DNA of 64,000 bases from assembly GCF_009914755.1 (NCBI RefSeq), contig NC_060932.1. One strand, written 5' to 3'. Positions 54,305 through 64,000 of this stretch are shown piece by piece. The position numbers were made by a program, and so were the translations under genes. Source of the stretch: the human T2T-CHM13v2.0 reference genome, Homo sapiens. How positions within the stretch are numbered: the first letter of the stretch is position 1; each line of letters starts with the position of its first letter. Below the pieces are notes generated by a model. That model was not told where the DNA came from, made no database searches, and worked only from the letters and a program-made list of their open reading frames with translations.

Positions 54305-54613
54305 AAGAAAGATCAATAAAAACAAGATAATTATTTACCAACTTTTTTCAGTTACAGTTCGAGGTGAGATCTGCATGATGACACAAAGCCAAACTGTATC
54401 AAGATCCTTAGATAACGTCCTTTCATTCAAGGTCATTTCCTTATAAAGTTGATGAGGAAGAAACCTGCCTAGGGCCATTATATGTATAGGGTCTGCATGA
54501 TCTCACCATGTTTCTGTCGGTTTTCTCTAGGTACTCTGGTTTCTACCTACATCCCAAAAATATGCACGTTTGGTGAACTGGCTGTCTACACAGTCCCACT
54601 GTGAGAATGAGTG

Positions 54614-54616
<3 letters not shown>

Positions 54617-54651
<35 letters not shown>
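54617..54651. repeat. (TG)n microsatellite
   Basis: Pure TG run within MER6. Confidence 0.95.
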
Positions 54652-54655
<4 letters not shown>

Positions 54656-55155
54656 TGCCTCAGAGTAGAATGTATCCTGTCCTGAGTCATTTCCCTCTTT
54701 GTCCCCTGAGCTGCCCAGAGAAGCTCGAACTGGCCATCACCCTAAACGTGATTATTTACCTTATCTTAACCACATTTCTAGCACTCAACCTTACAAGCAC
54801 AACCCTGTCACTATCTCACGACTGAAACAAATTAACATGGTTGACACCTGTAATTCCACTAATTCTATCCCTAGGAGGTTTACCTCCATTAACAGGGTTC
54901 CTGCCTAAATGAATCATCATCCAAGAATTTACAAAAAACAATAGCCTTATTACCCCAACCATTATAGCTATCATAACCCTACTCAACCTGTACTTTTACA
55001 TATGCCTAATTTATTCCATCTCGGTGACGCTATTCCCCACATCTGGTAATATGAAAATGACAATTCAAAAACAAAACCCATACTATTCTTCCCACTACGT
55101 ATTATTTCTTCTACCCTCCTCCTACCTATGTCTCCATTAATACTAACTATAACTA

Positions 55156-55223
55156 AGAAATTAAGGTTACATAAGACCAAGGGCCTTCAAAGCCCTTAGT
55201 AAGTAAATTACACTTAATTTCTG
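55156..55223 (+). pseudogene. mt-tRNA-Trp copy
   Basis: AGAAATTAAGGTTA...GGGCCTTCAAAGCCC...TAATTTCTG. Confidence 0.9.
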
Positions 55224-55232
55224 TAACAGCCC

Positions 55233-55298
55233 TAAGTACTGCAAGACTCTATTCTGCATCAATTGAACGCAAGTGAACTACTTTAAGCTAACCCTTTG
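55233..55298 (-). pseudogene. mt-tRNA-Ala copy
   Basis: ACTGCAAGACTCTATTCTGCATCAATTGAACGCAA. Confidence 0.85.
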
Positions 55299-55363
55299 CT
55301 AGATTGATGGAAGTTAAACCCATGAAAATTTAGTTAACAGCTAAACACCCTAATTAACTGGCT
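55299..55363 (-). pseudogene. mt-tRNA-Asn copy, truncated at the NUMT end
   Basis: CTAGATTGATGG...TTAGTTAACAGCTAAACACCCTAATTAACTGGCT. Confidence 0.85.
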
Positions 55364-55765
55364 GCCCAAGGGAATGCTTTCTAACTCCCCTGCTTCAGAG
55401 CACTGAAGAGAACAGCACCCCAGTTTTGAAGCTGCTGAAAACAGAGGCAAGCAGCATATTAGAGCTGCAGTTTCACAGGGAGATGCCAGGAGGAAGATAC
55501 CAGAAAAGATCTGAGATGATTGGTGAAGGCCTTTCCCTGCACAAAGCCAGTACACAAAGACTAAGAGAGGTGGTGGTTTTTTCAAATGCCCAAACTTCAA
55601 CCATACATACTTCTTCTCACAAGGTATAATAATAAGAAACTGGGAAACATGGTCCAAATGTGTAAAACAAAACAAAACAATAAATCTCCAGAAATCAACA
55701 TTAAGAAATGTAGATCTAGGAGCTGTCTAACAAAGAACTTAAAATAACTATCATTAAGATGTTCA
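55364..55765 (+). mobile_element. Old L1M 5'UTR/ORF1-start fragment
   Basis: GGAAACATGGTCCAAA...AATAAATCTCCAGAAATCAAC...AAAATAACTATCATTAAGATG. Confidence 0.6.
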
Positions 55766-56758
55766 CAGAAACAATGCCGCATATCTACAACTATCTGATC
55801 TTTGACAAACCTGACAAAAACAAGAAATGGGGAAAGGATTTCCTATTTAATAAATGATGCTGGGAAAACTGGCTAGCCATATGGAGAAAGCTGAAACTGG
55901 ATCCCTTCCTTACACCTTATACAAAAATTAATTCAAGATGGATTAAAGACTTACATGTTAGACCTAAAACCATAAAAACCCTAGAAGAAAACCTAGGCGA
56001 TACCATTCATTACCTAGGCGTGGGCAAGGACTTCATGGCTAAAACACCAAAAGCAATGGCAACAAAAGCTAAAATTGACAAATGGGATCTAATTAAACTA
56101 AAGAGCTTCTGCACAGCAAAAGAAACTACCATCAGAGTGAACAGGCAACCTAAAGAATGGGAGAAAATTTTTGCAATCTACTCATCTGACAAAGAGCTAA
56201 TATCCAGAATCTACAATGAACTCAAACAAATTTACAAGAAAAAAACAACCCCATCAAAAAGTGGGTGAAGGATATGAACAGACACTTCTCAAAAGAAGAC
56301 ATTTATGCAGCCAAAAGACACATGAAAAAATGCTCATCATCACTGGCCATCAGAGAAATGCAAATCAAAACCACAATGAGATACCATCTCACACCAGTTA
56401 GAATGGCAATCATTAAAAAGTCAAGAAGCAACAGGTGCTGGAGAGGATGTGAAGAAATAGGAATGCTTTTACATTGTTGGTGGGACTATAAACTAGTTCA
56501 ACCATTGTGGAAGTCAGTGTGGCAATTCCTCAGGGATCTAGAACTAGAAATACCATTTGACCCAGCAATCCCATTACTGGGTATATACCCAAAGGATTAT
56601 AAAACATGCTGCTATAAAGACACATGCACACGTATGTTTATTGCGGCACTATTCACAATAGCAAAGACTTGGAACCATCCCAAATGTCCAACAATGATAG
56701 ACTGGATTAAGAAAATGTGGCACATATACACCATGGAATACTATGCAGCCATAAAAAA
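55766..56758 (+). mobile_element. L1PA ORF2 C-terminal segment without 3'UTR or poly(A)
   Basis: ORFs 56020-56268 and 56265-56774 translate to ORF2p ([36 protein letters not shown]). Confidence 0.92.
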
Positions 56759-56965
56759 GCAGTGGAAAGTATAATGGTGGTGACAAGGACAAGACTAAGG
56801 GAGAAAGGAAGTTTGCTGTTTAATGGGTATACAGTTTCAGATTTGCAAGATGAAAAAAATTTGGAGATCTCTTTTAAAACAATAAAGATACTAAGCATTA
56901 TTAAGCTGTACACTTAAAAATAGTTAAGATGGTAAACTTTATTATGGGTTTTTTAACCACAAAAA
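56759..56965 (+). mobile_element. Old L1MA/MB 3' end
   Basis: TGTTTAATGGGTATACAGTTTCAGATTTGCAAGATGAAAA...CACTTAAAAATAGTTAAGATGG. Confidence 0.75.
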
Positions 56966-57264
56966 GTTACATATGTTCGATGCTATTCATTACTGTTGCT
57001 TTATAGAAAATGTTGGAAAGGTATCCCATGAGTCCTCCAGTTTTGTACTCTTTTTTAAATTATACCTTTATTCTGATATAATTGTATATTTGCACGCAGT
57101 GGTAAGAAACAATACAAAGAGATTCTGTGTATCCTTTACAGTTTCCCCCAATGGTAGCATCTAGCAAAACTGTAGTGCAATATCACGAGCAGGATATTTT
57201 CATTAATTCTGTGAAGATACAGAACATTTCCATTACCACAAGGATCCTTCTTGTTACCCTGTTG

Positions 57265-58610
57265 GTTTTGTTTTGTTTTGTTTTGTTTTTAATTTTTATT
57301 TTATTATTATACTTTAAGTTTTAGGGTACATGTGCACAATGTGCAGGTTAGTTACATATGTATACATGTGCCATGCTGGTGTGCTGCACCCATTAACTCG
57401 TCATTTAGCATTAGGTATATCTCCTAATCCTATCCCTCCCCCCTCCCCCCACCCCACAACAGTCCCCAGAGTGTGATGTTCCCCTTCCTGTGTCCATGTG
57501 TTCTCATAGTTCAATTCCCACCTATCAGTGAGAACATGTGGTGTTTGGTTTTTTTGTCCTTGCGATAGTTTACTGAGAATGATGATTTCCAATTTCATCC
57601 ATGTCCCTACAAAGGACATGAACTCATCATTTTTTATGGCTGCATAGTATTCCATGGTGTATATGTGCCACATTTTCTTAATCCAGTCTATCATTGTTGG
57701 ACATTTGAGTTGGTTCCAAGTCTTTGCTATTGTGAATAGTGCCACAGTAAACATACGTGTGCATGTGTCTTTATAGCAGCATGATTTATAGTCCTTTGGG
57801 TATATACCCAGTAATGGGATGGCTGGGTCAAATGGTATTTCTAGTTCTAGATCCCTGAGGAATCGCCACACTGACTTCCACAATGGTTGAACTAGTTTAC
57901 AGTCCCACCAACAGTGTAAAAGTGTTCCTATTTCTCCACATCCTCTCCAGCACCTGTTGTTTCCTGACTTTTTAATGATTGCCATTCTAACTGGTGTGAG
58001 ATGGTATCTCATTGTGGTTTTGATTTGCATTTCTCTGATGGCCAGTGACGGTGAGCATTTTTTCATGTGTTTTTTGGCTGCATAAATGTCTTCTTTTGAG
58101 AAGTGTCTGTTCATGTCTTTTGCCCACTTTTTGATGGGGTTGTTTGTTTTTTTCTTGTAAATTTGTTTGAGTTCATTGTAGATTCTGGATATTAGCCCTT
58201 TGTCAGATGAGTAGGTTGTGAAAATTTTCTCCCATTTTGTAGGTTGCCTGTTCACTCTGATGGTAGTTTCTTTTGCTGTGCAGAAGCTCTTTAGTTTAAT
58301 TAGATCCCATTTGTCAATTTTAGCTTTTGTTGCCATTGCTTTTGGTGTTTTAGCCATGAAGTCCTTGCCCACGCCTAGGTAATGAATGGTATTGCCTAGG
58401 TTTTCTTCTAGGGTTTTTATGGTTTTAGGTCTAACATGTAAGTCTTTAATCCATCTTGAATTAATTTTTGTATAAGGTGTAAGGAAGGGATCCAGTTTCA
58501 GCTTTCTCCATATGGCTAGCCAGTTTTCCCAGCACCATTTATTAAATAGGAAATCCTTTCCCCATTTCTTGTTTTTGTCAGGTTTGTCAAAGATCAGATA
58601 GTTGTAGATG
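57265..58610 (-). mobile_element. 5'-truncated L1PA3-like insertion with ~64 bp TSD
   Basis: T-rich tail; CCCATTAACTCGTCATTTAGCATTAGG 3'UTR; open ORF2 C-terminus (ORF 57401-58687); duplication 57197-57260 / 58611-58674. Confidence 0.92.
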
Positions 58611-60641
58611 TTTTCATTAATTCTGTGAAGATACAGAACATTTCCATTACCACAAGGATCCTTCATGTTACCCTTTTGTAGGCACACTCACTTCGCTTTT
58701 ACTTCTTGGCAACCACTAATCTGTTCCCATTTTTATAAATATGTCATTTTGCAAATGTGATACTAGTGGAGTCATACATCATATGACCTTTGGGGATTAG
58801 CTTTTTTTCACTCAGTTTAGTTCTCTGGAAACTTACCCAAGTTGTAGTGAGAATTAAATCATTGTTCCTTTTTAACACTGAGTACTGTGCCATGGTATGA
58901 ATTTACCACAGTTATTTTAACAATTCACCTATCGACATCTGGGTTGTTTCTAGTTCTGGCTCTTATGAATAAAATTAATATACATTCTCATGCTGGTTTT
59001 TGTGTAAATGTAAGTGTTCATCTATCTTGGATAAACAAATGCCCCATATTGTTGGGTCTTATAGTAGTTGTATGTTCAATTATTTAAGAAACTGCCAAAC
59101 AGTTTTCCAGAGTGGCTGTATAATTTTATATTCCCAACAACACATGAGTTAACACGTTCTCTGCATCCTCACCAGCATTTGTTGTCAATATCTTTAATTT
59201 AGCCATTCTGATAGGTATATAGTGATATCTCATGGTGGTTTTAGTTTGCATTTGCTGGTGATATCATCATCTTATGTGCTTACTTGCCATCAGTATATCA
59301 TTTTTAGTGAAATATATCATGTCTTTTGCCCATTTTTAAATAAGATTATTTTTTACTATTGAGTTTTGAGAGTTCTTTATATATTCTGGATACTAGCTAT
59401 TTGTCAGATATATCATTTGCAAATATTCTGTCCCACTCTGTACTTTGTCTTTTAATTTTTCAAAAGAGGGTCTTTCATAAAGCAAATTCTTGATTTTTGA
59501 TGAAGTCCAATTTATGTTTTTGTTATAAATTGTGCTTTTTGTTGTAAATCTAAGAACTCTGTTTTGACCTAGATCTTAATTATTCCTTCTGTATTTCCCT
59601 AAAAGTTTTAGTGTTAATTTTTTATAAGGTGTGAGATTTAGTTTGAGAGTTTTGAAAGGTGGGTGTGGAGTATAAATGTATAACTCCTCCAGCACCATTT
59701 GTTGAAAAGGCTAGCTTTCTTCCATCGAATTGCTTTTTTACCTGTGAAAATCAGTTGGGCATATTTGTATAATTGTATTGATTGGTCATCTAGTCTGTTT
59801 TATTGGGCTATGTGAATATATTGATAATATAGTTGATTACTATAGCTATGTAAGGCTTTGAAATCACATAGACACATTCCTTTTATTATTCCAGCTTTCT
59901 TAGCTTTAACTGCAAAAAAATCTTGTTGGGTTATTTATAAGAATTAAGTATGCATGCTAATTGAAGAATTGAGATCTTTACTATGCTGAGTCTTCTAATC
60001 CATGAACAGAGTATGTCTCTATTATATTGACCTTGAATTTGTTTCATCACTGTTGTGTAATTTTTCCCATTCAAGTCCTGTACATGTTTTATAGATTTAC
60101 ACCTAAGTATTTTAATTTCTTAAATAATTGTAAATAATACGTTAATTTTTGTCTACTTTTCCACTGCCACTATATAGATACAATTGATTTTTGTATGTTT
60201 ATCTTATACCCTGGGACTCTGTTGAACTCACTCAATTCCAGGAGGGTTTTGTTTTGTTTCTGGTAGATGCCTTGGAATTTTCTACATGGTAAATTATGTC
60301 ACTGCAAACAGGAATAGTTTTATCCTTCCCGAAAAATGTGCCCTTTCATTTTTCTTTCTTGCCTTATTGCACAGGGTAGACCTACCAGTACTATGTTGAA
60401 CAAGAGTAGTAAGAATGCACATCTTTGCCTTGTTCTCAGTTCTAGAGGGAAGTTTTCAGTCTTTTAACATTTAGTGTTAGCTATAGGGTTATTGTAGATC
60501 CCCTTTATTCAGTTGGAAATTTTACCTCTTTTCTTTTCTGTGAGTTTTTATTATGAATGGGTGATGAATTTTGTCAAATATTTTTCTGACTTCACTGACA
60601 TTATCATGATTTTTTTTTTAGCCTGTTATATGGTAGGTTAC

Positions 60642-61230
60642 TGTAAAATGTAAAATAGAGGTTCCTCTTCAAAGACTTTCCTCCCTGTCTAATTAGGAAT
60701 AAATAATAACTTCTCTTAAAAGCAAAATTTATTCATTCAAAGACCTGTGCTAACATTCCTAAATATCTGCTAGCTGTAATAAAGAAATCAATGTACTTTA
60801 TGTCCTTAGCTCCCTACAATTTAGCGTAAATATTTGCCCTAGCATGCTTATACTGGTCCAAGCAAGCATTAGGTCATAGCCTGTTCCTCTTCCTTATTTA
60901 AAAGTGTTTTTATCTCTCTCAGCATTCCACAAGTTACTTCCTCCGTCCTTTGTTCTCCTCTACCTTTACCTCTTTTAGAAAGTTCTAAGTTGCTAGCCAA
61001 TCGGGACAAATACAGAATGTGAGGTACCATTCCATCCAGTGGAAACTGAACACAGCAGCAGGATGGATGCGTCAAGTTATAAATGACCCTGTCTCCTTTG
61101 TTCGGTGTACTCTCCCAGCAAAACTGCTGGAGAATATACCCTTTCTGCAGGAGGTAAAAATGGCCTTACTAAATAAATTTATGTTCAAGTGCTATTTCTT
61201 TATGGCACTGGGGAACAAGCATTTCAAACA
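60642..61230 (+). mobile_element. ERV1 solo LTR, LTR10C-like (HERV-I group)
   Basis: TGTAAAATGTAAAATAGAGGTTCCTCTTCAAAGAC...GCATTTCAAACA; perfect TSD GTTAC; CCAAT and TATAAA motifs present. Confidence 0.85.
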
Positions 61231-63869
61231 GTTACATTGATTTATTTTTAAATATTAAACCAGCCTTACATCTATATACATTCTCATTGAAACCATCATG
61301 ATTTAATGATTTCTTAACTTAGGAGAGGGTCATTTTTAAATACAGAATTTAACTTCCTTAATAGCTGTTCAAATGATCTATTATATATGTTGGGTGAGTT
61401 GTGGTAGTGTGTGTTGTTAAAAAGTAGTAGTACATTTCATCTAAACTCTTAAATTTATGTGCATAGAATTGTTCATTGTATTCCCTTATGATGTTCTTGA
61501 TATCCCCAGGGTCTCTAGTGATAGCTCCTATTTTATTACTGATACTAGTATGTCTTTGATAAAATTTTGTCACACTTATTGACCTATTCAAGGAACAGCT
61601 TTGTTTTATTGACTATTTTTTTTCTGTTTCCAATGTCATTGAATTCTGCTAGTAATTATTTTATTCCTCATACTTGCTTTGGGTTTTTATATTTTCTAAT
61701 ATGTATATTTAGTGCTATCATTTCCCTCTCTGCTTCAGGTATGTTACACAAATCTTAGTTACATTTTCATTTGTATTAAATTTAATGCAGCTTTTAACTT
61801 TTTTGGAGACTTAGTCTTTGATTCATGGATTATATAAATGTCTGTTTTGTTTTTAAGCATTTGGAGATTTTCCTTTTTCTGTCATTGATTTCTGGTAGTT
61901 ACATTTCCTTGTGATTGGAGAACACATTTTACATAACTTCAACTATAGATTTTTGAGCTTTTTTATGGCTCAGGGTATCTATTTTAGTACATATTCTAGG
62001 GACACTTGAAAAGTACATTTATTTTGTTTTTGGATAGAGTGTTCTATAAATGCTGATGAGATTCTGTTGAATAATAACGTTGAGTTCTTCCATATTCTTG
62101 ATGATTTTCCGTCTAGTTCTATCCAGTATTGAGACAGCAGTGTTTTAAGTCTCCAAATATATATGTAGATATCTCTATTTCTCATTCCAGTTTTACCACT
62201 TTTTGCTTCACATTTTATAGCTCTGTTGCTTATAACTTATTTGTAATTGCTACATCTTTACGGTGGACTGGCTCTTTATTATTATATAATGTCCCTCTCT
62301 GTTTCTGGAAGTTCTTGTGGCTCTGAAGTTTACTTTACTTTATCAATAATAATATGGCAATTCATGCTTTCTTTTGATTGGTTGCATGACATATATTTTC
62401 CATCTTTTTACTTTAATCTCGCCTATGTAATTTTTTTTGAAATTAGTTTCCTATAAAGCACACAGAGTTGGAGATGTTTTAAAATCGACTTTGGCAATTG
62501 TCGTCTTTTAACTGGAACACTTTACACCATTTAGTCAAATTATTGATATATCAGGACATAAGTCTGCCATTTTGTTTTTTGGTGTATTGTATGTCTCCTC
62601 TTTCCTGACTTCTTTGGGGTTACACATTTTTTTTAGAATTGTATATTTAGTCACATTGAGTAGATTCCTTTGTATAGTTTTTTTTAGCAGTTCCTTTACG
62701 TATACATAATGTATGTGGTCTAACAGTTATTATTTTATAAGTACAAGAGAGTATAGAAACATTACCTCCCTCTGTATCCCTTTACCTTCCTTCATTTATA
62801 ATGTAACAGTTCTAACTAATTCCTCCACATACTTTTAGAACCACAGACAGTTTTATGGTTCCTGCTTCAATAATCAACTTAGAAAACTCAAGAGAGTCTA
62901 TTTACTCATATTTTTGCTTGTAATAACCTTCCTTCTTGCTTAAGTTTTCTTTCTGATTAGATAGCTTTCTGAAGGCATTCATTTAGAGTAGATCTACTGG
63001 CAACAAATTCTCTTATTTTCCATCATCTAAAAATGTCTTCATTTACCCTTCATTCTGGAGGGATATATCCACTAAGTATATGGTTCTGAGTTGACAATTA
63101 CTTTATTTCAGCACTTGAAAAATAGTGTGCTTTATCCTTTTGGCCTCCATGCTGATGAGAAATCTGCTGACATTCACATTGTTTTTCCCTTATGGATAAG
63201 ATATTTATTTTTAGGCTCTGTCATAATGTTTTCTCCATCTTTGTGAAGATTAATTTTGATTTTTCTTGAAGTGGATTTCTTAGGTGTTTTATTTTTTCCT
63301 CTTCGATATTTCCTTGTCATACTGAATCTCAGAGTTTTTGCCTCTTACCAAAATGTGATAAACTTTTAGCCATTAAATCTTTGAGTACTTTTTCAATCTT
63401 TCCCTCTTTCTTATCTCCTTCTAGAACTCTGGTGATACAAATATCAGATATTATATTATAATCCTAAAGGTCTTTGAGTCTCTGTTCATTTTTTCTAGTT
63501 TATTTTCTTGATGTTGTTCAATTAGATAATTTCTATTGTTCTGTATTTTAGTATACTGATTCTTTTCTGTCTCCTCCATTATTAGGCTGTTGAGCCCATT
63601 TGCACATCTTTATATTTCATTGGCTATATTTTTTAGTTCTAAAATTTCCCTTTAGTTCTTTATATTGTCTGCATCTTTGTTGAAGCTTTTTTTAGCTGAG
63701 GTTTTCTATTTTTCCATGTGTTTCAAGCATGTTCATAATGTCTCATTGAAGCATTTTTTATTATGGCTTCTTTAAAATCTTTGTTGGGCAATTCTAATAT
63801 CTCTGTCATCTTGGTGTTGACATTTGTCCACAGTCTACTTTCATTTAATTTTAAATTATGATTCTTTTC

Positions 63870-64000
63870 TTTAGATTTTATTTAATTTCAATAGTTTTTG
63901 GTTACAGGGATAAGTTTGAGGTTTAGATGCACTTGTCACCCGAGCAGTATACACTGTACCCACTGTATAGTCCTTTATCCATCTGAATCCCCAAAGTTCA
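63870..64000 (-). mobile_element. L1PB 3' end (runs off the window)
   Basis: TTTCAATAGTTTTTGG...CACCCGAGCAGTATACACTGTACCC. Confidence 0.7.

Larger units (their letters stand above)
53978..54741 (-). mobile_element. L1-type retrocopy with 5' inversion, carrying MER6
   Basis: TSD CTAAAC(C/G)TGATT at 53968 and 54742; poly(T) at the left end; ATTAAA on minus at 54000-54005; MER6 halves in opposite orientations. Confidence 0.75.
54040..54741. mobile_element. MER6-family TcMar-Tigger element in two opposite-orientation halves (54040-54366 and ~54399-54741)
   Basis: GGCTAATTGATATCAGCAAGAGTTAAGTTCCTAC...CAAAAACATCACCAAACTTCT forward; GGTTTTCTCTAGGTACTCTGGTTTC...CATCCCAAA reverse. Confidence 0.8.
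53375..55155 (+). pseudogene. ND2 pseudogene (MT-ND2-like), split by a retro-insertion at ~53980-54741
   Basis: ATTAATCCC start; GAAGCAGCCACCAAATATTTC, GCCCCCTTTCACTTCTGAGT; resumes with GGAGGTTTACCTCCATTAACAGG. Confidence 0.95.
48722..55363 (+). other. NUMT: nuclear copy of mtDNA from control region to tRNA-Asn
   Basis: Colinear mammalian mitochondrial gene order with stops, frameshifts and small deletions. Confidence 0.98.
57050..63860 (-). mobile_element. Long old L1M (L1MB/MC-like) hosting an L1PA and an LTR
   Basis: Continuous degenerate antisense L1 3'UTR, ORF2 and ORF1 sequence. Confidence 0.75.

Noticed and set aside
54040-54741. Direct MER6 transposition into the NUMT
   Set aside because: The insert boundaries are a 12+ bp TSD with poly(A), not TA plus terminal inverted repeats, and non-mitochondrial flanks accompany the element.
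49552-55363. Functional rRNA, tRNA and ND genes, or mitochondrial contamination
   Set aside because: Internal stops, deletions, a nuclear retro-insertion and Alu/L1 flanks show a decayed nuclear copy.
57401-58687. 428-aa ORF as a host gene
   Set aside because: It is the C-terminus of L1 ORF2p in a 5'-truncated young L1, fused by chance to flanking sequence; it has no endonuclease or RT domain.

Overview
Primate (human or great-ape-like) nuclear DNA, rich in repeats. I see no convincing protein-coding exon; the ORF track is explained by LINE-1, Alu, LTR, microsatellite and mitochondrial-derived sequence. The main feature is an old ~6.6 kb nuclear copy of mitochondrial DNA (NUMT, ~48722-55363). 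It runs control region - tRNA-Phe - 12S - tRNA-Val - 16S - tRNA-Leu - ND1 - tRNA-Ile/Gln/Met - ND2 - tRNA-Trp/Ala/Asn. It keeps an open MOTS-c-like small ORF (MRWQEMGYIFY...) and a humanin-like ORF broken by one stop codon. ND2 is interrupted by an L1-type retrocopy with a target-site duplication (TSD), poly(A), poly(A) signal and 5' inversion. That retrocopy carries a MER6 DNA transposon, which itself holds a truncated U2 snRNA pseudogene. Just downstream, two L1PA segments form an inverted repeat whose outer 370 bp are homogenised; the younger copy has a ~64 bp TSD. The window also holds an L1PB with an internal inversion, a near full-length L1MA, several solo LTRs (MaLR, MER4-group, LTR10C-like), many Alus, and MIR/L2 relics. 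Repeat subfamily calls come from remembered consensus sequences and need RepeatMasker/Dfam confirmation.
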